Of a stretch of 64,000 nucleotides of DNA, positions 41,960 to 52,358 are shown in pieces. The position numbers and the translations under genes were made by a program. The DNA comes from Phycisphaeraceae bacterium (GTDB lineage: Bacteria > Planctomycetota > Phycisphaerae > Phycisphaerales > Phycisphaeraceae): contig OY771506.1 of the NCBI GenBank assembly GCA_963674705.1, positions 4,576,001-4,640,000 of the forward strand, read 5' to 3'. Below the pieces are notes generated by a model. It was not told where the DNA came from and ran no database searches. It worked only from the letters and a program-made list of their open reading frames with translations. Position 1 is the first letter of the stretch, and every line of letters starts with the position of its first letter.

Positions 41960-42964
41960 TTAGTCGCCGGGCACGAGCATCGGCACGACGGTTACACAAA
42001 CCTGCCGATCGCTCTGGCCATGATCGATACGCCAAAAGAGTTGTTCCACCGCACGTCGCCCCATGGTGACCGGACCGATGTTCACGGATGCCGGGCGAGG
42101 ATGTAAGCCGATCAACGCCGACTTTTCATCATCACAACCGATCATCTCCAGATTCTTGTCCGGCCGAACCCCGTGCTTATCAAGCACGCGGTAGACCATG
42201 GCGACCTGCAGATCCAATGGAATAAACAGACCTGTTGGGCGCTGCTTGTCCGCCAAGAAAACCTTGACTTGTTCCTCCACTTGTTGCTCGAACATATCCA
42301 GGTTCAAATCACGCCGGCCGTCCCAAGTTGAATCGCTCTGCGAAACGTAACTGGATGACACGCAGCCGTGCTCTTGTGCAACAAATGCAAAATAACGGCA
42401 GCGTACATCAAGCACCGGGTTCTGACCCAGCGTGTTTAACACGCCTAAACGTTTATGCCCTCGCTCGATCAGGTATTCAGCAGCGATGCGCCCCACCGCT
42501 TCGTTGCCGGACAAAGTGACATCACCGTTGACTTCATGGTGCGAGGTCAACCAAACCGCGGGGATATCACTGATCTTTTCGAGCACCTCCGGGCTGGGCT
42601 GATGACCGATCAGGATCAAACCGCTGACCTGACGTTTACGCACGATGGCCGGCAAATGCTCGACCGCGGAGACGTGTGCGACCACCATGTCGTTCTGCCT
42701 GGAACGCAACTCATCCTCAACACCTTGAAGCATCAGGGAGCAGGAGGAGGTGAAGTGGTGGAACTGATTAACGTGGACAATCAGGACAGCCACGACGCCT
42801 TGCGCTGTTTTACGCTTGCGTGCAGCCGGATGGTAATTGAGTTTCCTCATCGCCTCACGGACACGTTTGGCGTTTTGCTCGGAAACGGATGGATATTGAT
42901 TGATGACCTTGGAAACGGTCGCAGGTGAGACGCCAGCCAGGTTGGCAACTTTCGTCACTGACAT
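41960..42964 (-). CDS. LacI-family transcriptional regulator
   Basis: VANLAGVSPATVSKVIN helix-turn-helix, LNYHP, and a C-terminal periplasmic-binding-like domain. Confidence 0.92.
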   Translation of the reverse strand: MSVTKVANLAGVSPATVSKVINQYPSVSEQNAKRVREAMRKLNYHPAARKRKTAQGVVAVLIVHVNQFHHFTSSCSLMLQGVEDELRSRQNDMVVAHVSAVEHLPAIVRKRQVSGLILIGHQPSPEVLEKISDIPAVWLTSHHEVNGDVTLSGNEAVGRIAAEYLIERGHKRLGVLNTLGQNPVLDVRCRYFAFVAQEHGCVSSSYVSQSDSTWDGRRDLNLDMFEQQVEEQVKVFLADKQRPTGLFIPLDLQVAMVYRVLDKHGVRPDKNLEMIGCDDEKSALIGLHPRPASVNIGPVTMGRRAVEQLFWRIDHGQSDRQVCVTVVPMLVPGD

Positions 42965-43002
42965 GCAAGCCATTCTAAAGAGCGTTGGAAATACTGCAAG
43001 CA

Positions 43003-43038
43003 TTTTTCCGGAATATTATGGGAAATTTTTCGGAAAAA
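43003..43038. promoter_or_regulatory. Two candidate LacI-type operators
   Basis: CG-centred near-palindromes TTTTCCGGAATA (43004-43015) and TTTTTCGGAAAAA (43026-43038) just upstream of lacI. Confidence 0.5.
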
Positions 43039-43774
43039 CTATTCGATAAAACGAATATGCCTGTAAATAACTGTTTATTATTTATTTATACAATATATAT
43101 TGCTTACCGCTGCCATGAATGCAAGCACGGTCATGGGGTCGGGCTATCGATCTCAGCCATTTTGCCATGACATATAGCCGTGTGGCCCCCGGTCGGTTGT
43201 TGGCGATTACAGCGACTCGTACTGCTCCGAAAGCCTCAGATCGGCGTCACACGCTTCTGTGCGGTTCGGTGACTTGAGGACACAAGATGGTGTCAATCTC
43301 TCGGTATTGCGTCTTGGGTGGGCTTGGCTGGCGTGATAGTAGCAGTCAGGCTTATCGCGCCATCAACTTTGCATCATTTAAGCCACTTCTTGCGAATGCG
43401 TTCTCACAGATGGATTGCACTGATCTTTGCATTGAATGATATAAGTGAACAAACGATGTCCCTTTGGATTAAACACATGCTGTAAGCGGCCGGTTTTTAG
43501 ATCAATCCGGTTGGTGTGTTGTTACATGCGCATATCCCTGCCAAACGTGTGATTCAGCAACTGGTTTTAATGAATGAGACACAAGGTTTCAATCGTTTCG
43601 CGATGGCGAAAGACGGGCCTGTCTTTTGCAAACATGGGACAGCAATCATTGCTACATTATGTGTGCTCCAGGACAGGGTAGTCGGAGGAACAGGCAACCC
43701 ACTGATGCTGAAAACCGGGGTGGTTGCCGGGCAAAAAAGGCCCCCGAACCAGGAGCACATGAAGGGGATTTCAC

Positions 43775-44497
43775 GTGTCTCAGTTTCTTGAAGCATGCAC
43801 GCAGAGTCCGGTGAACCTGGCCTTGTCAGTGTTGCTTGTGCTGATCCTGATCTACTGGATCATTGTCTTTGTCGGCGCGGTCGGCATGGACAGCCTGGAC
43901 CTCGATCTGGACATCGATGGCGAACCGGATTTTGATATCGACCTGGATGTCGACGCGGATGTTGATGTGGATGTTGATGTTGATGTTGATGCGGACGTCG
44001 ATGTGGACACGGACGGCAATCTGTTTCACGCGGGGATAGGCACTTCTATCCTGAAGTTCTTCCACATCGGTACCGTTCCGGTGCTGGTGTTGCTATCCGT
44101 ATTCGTTCTGACGCTCTGGGCGATCGGCGTGCTGAGTTATCGTTGGATCGGCAGTTGGGGGGTGGTGTTGCAACTGCTGATGGTCATCCCCTTCGCGATT
44201 GTGGCGATATTCCTGACCAAGATCGTCACCACGCCGTTAAATGTTTTGTTCAAGAAGATGCAGGAGCAGGAGGATGCAGAGCAAAAGGTTGATTTGATCG
44301 GCCAGCGCTGCATCGTCGTGTCTCTCACGGCCGACCACAGGCACGGCCAGGTCGAGGTGCAGACGGAAGGCGCGCCGTTGCGATTAAATGTTGTGACGGG
44401 GGACACGGGCGCTGAGCTTAAAAAAGGTGATGAAGCGGTGCTTGTAGCTAAAAGCAGCACCCCAGGCGTTTATACCATCCGAGGTTTTGATCTATAA
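43775..44497 (+). CDS. YqiJ/NfeD-like membrane protein with acidic (D-x)n loop and C-terminal OB-fold
   Basis: TM helix, DVDVDV tract, VPVLVLLS TM hairpin, DLIGQRCIV...GQVEV...KKGDEAVLV; directly upstream of flotillin. Confidence 0.8.
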   Translation: MSQFLEACTQSPVNLALSVLLVLILIYWIIVFVGAVGMDSLDLDLDIDGEPDFDIDLDVDADVDVDVDVDVDADVDVDTDGNLFHAGIGTSILKFFHIGTVPVLVLLSVFVLTLWAIGVLSYRWIGSWGVVLQLLMVIPFAIVAIFLTKIVTTPLNVLFKKMQEQEDAEQKVDLIGQRCIVVSLTADHRHGQVEVQTEGAPLRLNVVTGDTGAELKKGDEAVLVAKSSTPGVYTIRGFDL

Positions 44498-44511
44498 GCG
44501 GGAGTTCGATC

Positions 44512-46632
44512 ATGACAGGTTTACTGCTCAATTTAGCGGAAATCGACGGGGCAATGATGGGGACCATTATCGTCATTGTGGTTTTTCTTTTTGTGCTCAT
44601 ATTGGGCATCCTTGGCATGATCGCCAAGTTCTATGTCAAGGTCGAACAAGGCACGTCCCTGGTTCGCACGGGTATCGGCAAGACGCGCGTATCGTTCTCA
44701 GGCATGGTGGTTGTGCCGATCATGCACCGCAAGGAGTTCATCGATATCTCGGTCAAGCGGATCGAAATCTATCGCCATGGCAGTGAGGGTTTGATCTGCC
44801 GGGATAACGTGCGTGCGGACATCAAGGTTGCGTTTTTCGTGCGTGTTAATAACGCCGCGACGGACGTGCTCCAGGTCGCGCAATCCATCGGCTGCAGGCG
44901 GGCCTCGAACCAGGAAGCGCTGGTCGAGCTGTTTGACGCGAAGTTCTCCGAAGCTTTGAAAACCGTCGGCAAGGCGTTCGACTTCACCGAACTGTATACC
45001 GAACGCGAGCGATTCAAGAATGAAATCCTCGCCCACATCGGCACGGACCTGAACGGTTATGTGCTGGACGACGCAGCGATCGACTACCTCGAACAGACCG
45101 AGCTGAACAAGCTCGATCCGAACAATATTCTGGATGCCGAGGGTATCAAGAAGATCACGGACCTGACGGCCCACGAAGCCGTGCTCTCCAACAGCATCAC
45201 GCGCGAGAAAGAAAAGACGATCAAGAAGCAGGACGTCGAGGCGCGTGAAACCATCCTCGAGCTTGAACGCCAGCAGGCGGAAGCCGAAGCCAAGCAGGCC
45301 CGCGAAATCGCGACGGTCCGCGCCCGCGAGGTGGCGGAGTCTCAGAAAGTCGAACAAGAAGAACGGTTCAAGTCTGAGAAGGCGCGCATCGCCACCGAGG
45401 AAGAGCTGGGCGTTGCTGAAGAGAACAAGTTGCGTCAGATTCTTGTGGCTGAGCGTGCCAAGCAGCGTACCGATGCGATCGAGACCGAACGTGTCGCACG
45501 TGAGAAAGGCCTGGAAGTCACCGAGCGTGAGCGTGTTGTGGAACTTGCACGTATCGAAAAGGAAAAGGCGCTGGAAGTCGAGCGTAAGAAGATCCAGGAT
45601 GTGATCCGCGAGCGCGTGGTGGTCGAACGTGCGGTGGTCGAAGAACAGCAGAAGATCAAGGACACGGAAGAGATCATGACCGCCGAGCGTGCCAAGACGG
45701 TGCAGGTGACGCAGGCAACGGCCAAGGCGGAAGAGGACAAGGTCAAGGAAGTCAAGAAGGCCGAGGCAAGCAAGCTGGCGAGCCAGTTCGAGGCGGACGA
45801 GATCCTGATCGAAGCCGAGGCCCAGCGTCAGGCGGCGGAGAAGCAGGCGATGGCGAAGATGAAGCTTGCCGAAGCGCGTCAGGCGGAAGTTGCAGCGGAA
45901 GGTTTGGCGGAAGCGGAAGTGATGGACGCGAAGGCGGGCGCTGTGGCGAAGTACGGCACGGCCGAGGCGGACGTGATCCAGAGGAAGCTGGAAGCCGAAG
46001 CAGAGGGCGATCGGGCGAAGGCCGAGGCCATCCGCGCCAAGGGCGGCGCCGAAGCCGAGGTGATGGCGCAGAAGTACACGGCGGAAGCTGAGGGCGTCGC
46101 CGCCAAGGCCGAAGCGATGAAGAAACTCGACGGCGTGGGCAAGGAACACGAAGAGTTCAAGCTCAAACTCAACAAGGACCTGCAGGTCGACCTCAAGTCG
46201 ATAGACATCCACAAGGACATCGCTGCGGAGCAGGCGAAGGTGCTGGCCGAGGCGCTCAAGAGCGCGAAGATCGATATCGTCGGCGGCGAGAACGAGTTCT
46301 TCGACACGATCATCAATGCCATCACGCGTGGCAAACAGGTCGATCGCTTCATCAACAATTCGGAGCATCTTTCGCATCTGTCCGGAGCATTGCTTAGCGG
46401 CAACGGCGACGGGAGCTCGCTTGCCGATCGGATCGCGGGCCTCGTTAATCGGTTCGACCTGGACAGTGAAGATGTCAAGAACCTCAGCATCGCGGCGCTG
46501 ATCGGGAAGATGATTGCCGAGTCGAGTGACAAAGGGCTCATCCAGGAACTCAAGAACCTGCTGAGCCTTTCCAAGGCGGCAGGCTACGCTGACAAGAAGC
46601 TGGCCGCCCTGGACGTCAACCGGCTGGATTGA
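44512..46632 (+). CDS. Flotillin/SPFH (YqiK-like) membrane scaffold
   Basis: N-terminal TM; GLICRDNVRADIKVAFFVRVN SPFH domain; long EA-rich coiled coil; AKIDIVGG. Confidence 0.9.
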   Translation: MTGLLLNLAEIDGAMMGTIIVIVVFLFVLILGILGMIAKFYVKVEQGTSLVRTGIGKTRVSFSGMVVVPIMHRKEFIDISVKRIEIYRHGSEGLICRDNVRADIKVAFFVRVNNAATDVLQVAQSIGCRRASNQEALVELFDAKFSEALKTVGKAFDFTELYTERERFKNEILAHIGTDLNGYVLDDAAIDYLEQTELNKLDPNNILDAEGIKKITDLTAHEAVLSNSITREKEKTIKKQDVEARETILELERQQAEAEAKQAREIATVRAREVAESQKVEQEERFKSEKARIATEEELGVAEENKLRQILVAERAKQRTDAIETERVAREKGLEVTERERVVELARIEKEKALEVERKKIQDVIRERVVVERAVVEEQQKIKDTEEIMTAERAKTVQVTQATAKAEEDKVKEVKKAEASKLASQFEADEILIEAEAQRQAAEKQAMAKMKLAEARQAEVAAEGLAEAEVMDAKAGAVAKYGTAEADVIQRKLEAEAEGDRAKAEAIRAKGGAEAEVMAQKYTAEAEGVAAKAEAMKKLDGVGKEHEEFKLKLNKDLQVDLKSIDIHKDIAAEQAKVLAEALKSAKIDIVGGENEFFDTIINAITRGKQVDRFINNSEHLSHLSGALLSGNGDGSSLADRIAGLVNRFDLDSEDVKNLSIAALIGKMIAESSDKGLIQELKNLLSLSKAAGYADKKLAALDVNRLD

Positions 46633-46735
46633 GCGGACCTGAGCAATCGAATAGTGAAACCGTATCGTGGCAGATTCGTAACAGATCGGGTTCACGCGAC
46701 ACGCGCCCGGTGATCAACTTAACAGTGGCATCGCG

Positions 46736-49700
46736 ATGGCTGAGCAAAGTAACTCTCCAACACAACCGCCCGAAGAGGCGCAGGCCCAGGATCAGATCGA
46801 TCAGGGCGCGTACGAGGTTATCCGCAACCGGCTGAATACGCACGGCAAGGAACTGCGTAAACGGCTTGATGAGCTTAACGCGCATCGCAAGGAAGTGTTC
46901 GGCTCCATCGAGTTCAAACTCACCGGGACCGACAGGATTACCACTTCTCACAACTGCGTCCCGCGCGACATCGTTGCGATCGGCGGACGTTTCCTGATGG
47001 GCTTCAATGTCCACTTCGGGCTCAAGACGCATGTCGATCTTAACGATGTGTTTGCGGTGTATCGGTTTGAGGGTGGTTCATTCCACGAAGAAGACCTGTC
47101 GCTGCTTGATGATGCGGAATTCCTCAAGGACTTCACGGACCTGTTCCGTTTCTACAAGAACGCCAAGTTTGCCAAGTTCTTCCGGCGTGGGCCGCATCTT
47201 TATATGAAGTTCCATGTCGGCCGGGATGTCGACGACTTTAAGGCTTTTAAATGGGCCTTTGAAGACGGGACGCTGCGCTACATGGGTAATCGCTCGGATC
47301 ACGAGGTGACTTACCCCGAGCAGCACGACTTCCAATGGCAGCGCGTGACGCGCGACATGCAGACGCAGGGCGCATTCCCGCATTATTCGATCAATGACCT
47401 GGTGTTCGTGGAAACCACGGGTGGGGACCTGACCATTAAGGTCGAGAACAACACCGACAGCGGTGAAGGCATCTACGCTGAGCCGGTTGACAATCCCGAT
47501 CAGGCGCTGGACGACGCGGAAATCTATTACGCGATACACGGCCACCTCGTTTTGCTGCGCATCCGGCCGTACCAGGAAGATGCTTACCGATACTTCATCT
47601 TCAATACGAAGCTACAGGAAATCATCCGCGAGGATAGTATCGGCGAGGCCTGCGTGCTGCTTCCGGAGGATCACGGATTGGCTTTCACACGCGGTTACTA
47701 TCTTGCCTCGGGCAAACACCAGCACTTCCCGGGGATCCCTCATGGCCTGCTGTTTGAACGCAAAATCATCGCGCCTAACGGTGAAGACTTTGCCTATATC
47801 TTCTATCACAGGCAGCAAGGCACGTATGTCATCCTCCCCTACAACCTCATCGACCAGTCCGTCGACATGCCCGTCCTCACAAGCGGCTATGCGTTCTTCG
47901 GCGACGGGCAGGTCGTCATGTTCAATTCTCCGGAGGATGCCGAGCCACAGAAACATCATGCCATCCAGATCTGGCAGACACCTTTCGTTGGCCCGGACTT
48001 CGTCACCCAACACGAGCATGATTCGTTCCTGTACAAGGTCGGCAACCGTGACATCGTCCGTGGTATGGCGGAGTGCGTTGAGGTACTCGGGCTGATCAAC
48101 CGCGAAGAGCTTTACACCCAGCTTTACATCGACCTGGTCAAAACCGCTTCCGATCTGCTGGATTCATACTTCTGGCTCGACCATGAAGAGGCGTCCAACG
48201 TGGCCGAGCCCCTCCAGCAGATCAAGTCGGCGGCGCAGGCGGCGGTGAGTGAATACGAAAAGGTCACACGCATCCGCCGGGCGACCGAGCGGCAGGTCAA
48301 GGATGTCACCAACGAGGTTGATGAACTGATCAATCGCAACGCTGCGCGGATTTACGACAGCATCCTTGTGTTCGTCGAGGCGCTGGCCGGATTGCGCGAG
48401 CTGCGCGGACGTGTGATTACGCTGCGCGAACTGCGATATATTGATCCGGATCATGTCGACAAACTCGAAGAATCGGTGAAGGAACAGACCGAGGATTTGT
48501 CGAAGCGTTGTGTGCAGTATTTGCTCGTCCCGGCTTCGCTGGACCCGTACCGCCGGTCTGCTGAAGTGCACGACGAGCGGATCGACGATCTTAAGAAAGG
48601 CGCCGACGCAAAGGAACTGGCGGAGGAAGTCCAGAACAGCGCCGATGAGTTGGAGATGCTGATCGAGATCGTCAGCAACCTGCATATCGACGATGCGACG
48701 CAACGTACGGAGATCATCGACAACATCTCGACGATATTCAGCCAACTGAACGCGACGCGGTCACGGTTGCGCAACAAGCAGCAGGAGCTTGGCCGAACCG
48801 AAGGTGTCGCGGAATTCAACAGCCAATTGAAACTGCTGAATCAATCGGTGGTCAATTACCTGGATTTGTCGGACGATTCGGAGAAGACCGACCAGTACCT
48901 GACCAAGGTGATGCTTCAGCTTGAAGAACTCGAGGGGCGATTCGCTGAATACGACGACTTCATCCTGCAACTCACGGAGAAGCGTGAGGAGATTTATACC
49001 GCGTTTGAAAACCGCAAGCTTCAGCTTACGGAGAAACGCAACAAGCGGGCCGAGGCGTTGGGACAGGCGGCGAGTCGGATCCTCCAGAGCGTCCAGTCGC
49101 GCGTCCGCTCGATGGAGCAGATCAACGAGATCAACAGCTACTTCGCCAGCGATCTGTTGATCGACAAGATCCGTGACATCATCGCGAATCTTACAGCGTT
49201 GGAAGACACTGTCCGTGTCGATGATATCCAATCGCGTTTGAAGACGATCCGCGAGGATGCGGTTCGGCAGCTCAAGGATCGCAAGGACCTTCAGGCGGAC
49301 GGGAAGAACACGATCCGCTTCGGCAGGCATATCTTCTCCGTCAATACCCAGCCGATCGACCTGACGACGATCGTCCGTGATGATCGGATGCAGTTGCACC
49401 TGACGGGCACTCAGTTCTTCGAGCCGATCGACGATCCACGTTTGAACGAGACACGTGATGCATGGTCGCAGGAGATCGTGTCGGAAGATAACAAGGTCTA
49501 CCGCGCGGAGTATCTTGCGTACTTGTTGATGCGAGAACTGCTTGCCGGCGATCCTGATGAGCTTCAGAAGCTGTTGATCGGGGACCCGGCCGATCTGCAC
49601 GAGCGTGTCAGGCAATTCATGGGGCCGCGTTACGATGAGGGCTACACCAAGGGTGTACACGATAACGACGCGACGATCATCCTGCGTGCATTACTGCAAA

Positions 49701-52321
49701 CGCACAACGCGATCGATCTGCTGCGCTACCGCAGTGATGCACGCGCGCTTGCCAACCTGTGGTGGCGGTCGCTGGGTAACGATGAACTGCGAAGACTGCT
49801 GTCCTATCGGTTAAGCGGGTTCGGCTCGATCGGGAAGGTCTTCCCCGATGCGAAGGAGCAGAAGACATACATCAAAGAATTGACGCAGCACATCAGAAAG
49901 TACGCCGAAGCGCACGCGCTACTTAACAGCGAGCTTGCCGACGATGCGGGTGAGTACCTGTTTTATGAATTAGTGAACGACAGCATGTCCGGCGGGCCGA
50001 TCGTGAGCCCGGAGGCATCGGAGCTTTATAATGCATTCCAGGAGCATCTGCGTAATACACATTCGGTCAAGCAGTACCAGGCATCGGTGAAGGTGCTGGC
50101 CGGGACGTTGATCGCGAAGTTCAGCCTGGTGCGCGACTGGGCCAAGGCATATCTGGATGCGAACAAGCAGTACCCGTCAGAAGTCTACGGGCAATACCTG
50201 GATGAGCTGGCGCTACTGCTGTTTGATGATGCGAGCGGACATCGTGTGCATGCGGCCAGCGTGCGGGTTGAATTGGATGGCTTGATCGGTTCGCATCCAT
50301 TGATCAACAGCGGGAAGTACACGCTTGATTACAACGCGTTTATCACTCGGCTCAACCACTTCGCGACAGTGAAGGTGCCCCGCTATCAAGCTTACACGCA
50401 GATGAAGCACGACGTGCTGGATGAAGCGCGCGATGAGATGCGGATCGATGAGTTCAAGCCGAAGGTTTTGACTTCGTTTGTTCGCAACAAGCTGATCGAT
50501 CGTGTGTTCCTGCCGCTGGTGGGTGATAACCTTGCCAAGCAGATGGGCACCGCCGGCGCGGAGACGCGCACGGACAGGATGGGTTTGCTGCTATTGATCT
50601 CCCCGCCCGGCTACGGCAAGACGACGCTGATGGAGTACATCGCGAACCGGCTTGGCGTCGTGTTCATGAAGATCAATGGCCCGGCTATCGGGCACGCGAT
50701 CAACTCCATTGACCCTTCCGAAGCCACCAACGCCGCGGCACGCGAGGAGCTTGAAAAGCTCAACCTCGCTTTCGAGATGGGCGACAACGTCGTGATCTAT
50801 GTCGACGACATCCAGCACACGGGCTCAGAGTTTTTGCAGAAGTTCATCAGCCTGTGCGATGCGCAGCGGCGGATTGAAGGTGTTTATAAAGGAAGAACAC
50901 GCACGTACGACTTCCGCGGGCGCAAGGTAGCGGTGGTTATGGCGGGCAACCCTTACACTGAATCGGGCGAACGGTTCAAGATTCCCGACATGCTCGCCAA
51001 CCGTGCCGATACTTACAACCTCGGTGACATCATCGGCGATCATGGTGATGCGTTCCGCCAGTCGTATCTTGAAAACTGCCTGACCTCGAACCCGACGCTT
51101 AATCCGCTTGCCTCGCGCAGCCAGAAGGATATCTACGGTGTCATCCAGATCGCCGAGACGGATAGCCGGGAGGGTGTGGAACTTGAGGGAAATTACAGTC
51201 GCGAGGAAGTCGAAGAGATGGTCACGGTGATGAAGAAGCTGATCACCGTGCGCGACGTGATCTTGCGAGTGAACGAGCAGTACATCGCTTCGGCCGGCCA
51301 GGAAGAGCAGTACCGCACCGAACCGCCCTTCCAGTTGCAGGGTTCGTACCGAAATATGAACCGCATTGCAGAGAAGGTCGTCCCGGTGATGAACGATTCT
51401 GAACTGCGGACGCTGATCATGTCCAGCTACGAGCAGGACGCGCAGACACTGACAACCGGCGCAGAGTCGAATCTGCTTAAGTTCCGCGAGATGATGGGCT
51501 GGATCACGGATGAAGAAAATACGCGTTGGGAGCAGATCAAGCGCACGTTCCAACGGAATAACTCGGTCCGCTCGCTAGGCGGCGATGAACGGACCGCAGC
51601 GGTGCTGTCGCAGATGTCTGGGTTGAACCAGAACCTCGGCGACATCAAAGGCGCGCTGACCAGCGGGTTGTCATCGTTGAAACCCAACGGCAAGCAGGAA
51701 AAGACAAGCGAACCCGTGCGGATCGATCTGCAGCCGCTGGCTGAACAGATGGCACAGTTCGCCAAGAGCATGGATGGGATCCGTGACGCGGTACAGACGA
51801 CGCTGAAGCAATCGGCGAAGCAGAAAGACGAGGCGGCAGACAAACCATCAGCCGCCCCCCCTGCCGCCCTTGAAGCACGACTTGATGAACCGACGCTGCA
51901 GGCGATCCGCGACCTGACTTTCAAGATCAGCGAGCAGATGTCGGCGGTCGCAGCACCTAAGCATGTCGAGGTGGTTGCCGACGTGCCGGCCGATGAAAAA
52001 CCGGGCAAACCGGTTAAAAAGCCATCGGCAACGGCGCCCACGCCACCGGCGGTAGCGGTCCCAGCCGTGACGGGGCATGGGCCGTTCGAGGTCCGGGTGG
52101 TGAACAAGATCCCTGCGACGTTCCTGTATGTGATGAAAGAGCAGTTCGAGTTGATGAAGTCGTGGATGGAGCCGTTGACGCGCATCACCGCCGACCAGGA
52201 AGATCAGCTCAAGCAGATCCACGGCTCGATCGCGGATATCGTCAGCCGATACGACGATATGATCAATCGACTAGAAAAAACGCAGGATGAGGGCAATGAC
52301 GTTGCCGATAAGTTAGAGTAG
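46736..52321 (+). CDS. Giant AAA+ ATPase (DUF3686 / 'DNA repair ATPase'-like)
   Basis: Walker A SPPGYGKTT, Walker B VIYVDDIQH, sensor-1 AGNPY, Arg-finger-like MLANRAD; beta-rich N-terminus and long coiled-coil middle. Confidence 0.85.
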   Translation: MAEQSNSPTQPPEEAQAQDQIDQGAYEVIRNRLNTHGKELRKRLDELNAHRKEVFGSIEFKLTGTDRITTSHNCVPRDIVAIGGRFLMGFNVHFGLKTHVDLNDVFAVYRFEGGSFHEEDLSLLDDAEFLKDFTDLFRFYKNAKFAKFFRRGPHLYMKFHVGRDVDDFKAFKWAFEDGTLRYMGNRSDHEVTYPEQHDFQWQRVTRDMQTQGAFPHYSINDLVFVETTGGDLTIKVENNTDSGEGIYAEPVDNPDQALDDAEIYYAIHGHLVLLRIRPYQEDAYRYFIFNTKLQEIIREDSIGEACVLLPEDHGLAFTRGYYLASGKHQHFPGIPHGLLFERKIIAPNGEDFAYIFYHRQQGTYVILPYNLIDQSVDMPVLTSGYAFFGDGQVVMFNSPEDAEPQKHHAIQIWQTPFVGPDFVTQHEHDSFLYKVGNRDIVRGMAECVEVLGLINREELYTQLYIDLVKTASDLLDSYFWLDHEEASNVAEPLQQIKSAAQAAVSEYEKVTRIRRATERQVKDVTNEVDELINRNAARIYDSILVFVEALAGLRELRGRVITLRELRYIDPDHVDKLEESVKEQTEDLSKRCVQYLLVPASLDPYRRSAEVHDERIDDLKKGADAKELAEEVQNSADELEMLIEIVSNLHIDDATQRTEIIDNISTIFSQLNATRSRLRNKQQELGRTEGVAEFNSQLKLLNQSVVNYLDLSDDSEKTDQYLTKVMLQLEELEGRFAEYDDFILQLTEKREEIYTAFENRKLQLTEKRNKRAEALGQAASRILQSVQSRVRSMEQINEINSYFASDLLIDKIRDIIANLTALEDTVRVDDIQSRLKTIREDAVRQLKDRKDLQADGKNTIRFGRHIFSVNTQPIDLTTIVRDDRMQLHLTGTQFFEPIDDPRLNETRDAWSQEIVSEDNKVYRAEYLAYLLMRELLAGDPDELQKLLIGDPADLHERVRQFMGPRYDEGYTKGVHDNDATIILRALLQTHNAIDLLRYRSDARALANLWWRSLGNDELRRLLSYRLSGFGSIGKVFPDAKEQKTYIKELTQHIRKYAEAHALLNSELADDAGEYLFYELVNDSMSGGPIVSPEASELYNAFQEHLRNTHSVKQYQASVKVLAGTLIAKFSLVRDWAKAYLDANKQYPSEVYGQYLDELALLLFDDASGHRVHAASVRVELDGLIGSHPLINSGKYTLDYNAFITRLNHFATVKVPRYQAYTQMKHDVLDEARDEMRIDEFKPKVLTSFVRNKLIDRVFLPLVGDNLAKQMGTAGAETRTDRMGLLLLISPPGYGKTTLMEYIANRLGVVFMKINGPAIGHAINSIDPSEATNAAAREELEKLNLAFEMGDNVVIYVDDIQHTGSEFLQKFISLCDAQRRIEGVYKGRTRTYDFRGRKVAVVMAGNPYTESGERFKIPDMLANRADTYNLGDIIGDHGDAFRQSYLENCLTSNPTLNPLASRSQKDIYGVIQIAETDSREGVELEGNYSREEVEEMVTVMKKLITVRDVILRVNEQYIASAGQEEQYRTEPPFQLQGSYRNMNRIAEKVVPVMNDSELRTLIMSSYEQDAQTLTTGAESNLLKFREMMGWITDEENTRWEQIKRTFQRNNSVRSLGGDERTAAVLSQMSGLNQNLGDIKGALTSGLSSLKPNGKQEKTSEPVRIDLQPLAEQMAQFAKSMDGIRDAVQTTLKQSAKQKDEAADKPSAAPPAALEARLDEPTLQAIRDLTFKISEQMSAVAAPKHVEVVADVPADEKPGKPVKKPSATAPTPPAVAVPAVTGHGPFEVRVVNKIPATFLYVMKEQFELMKSWMEPLTRITADQEDQLKQIHGSIADIVSRYDDMINRLEKTQDEGNDVADKLE

Positions 52322-52358
52322 AGTCATAAGCGTTTTGATCCTCCAGGATCGGTTGATC

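Noticed and set aside
43170..43814. Short ORFs in the lacI-yqiJ intergenic region (e.g. 43516..43791, 43554..43796)
   Set aside because: They overlap each other, have atypical composition and show no recognisable motif.
44698..46695. 665-aa antisense ORF over the flotillin gene
   Set aside because: Shadow frame expected from the biased Glu/Ala/Lys codons of the coiled coil; Leu/Arg-rich with no motifs.
46736..52321. DNA-repair or SMC-like function for the ATPase
   Set aside because: It has a contiguous AAA+ module rather than a split ABC ATPase, no nuclease or helicase motifs, and membrane-protein neighbours.
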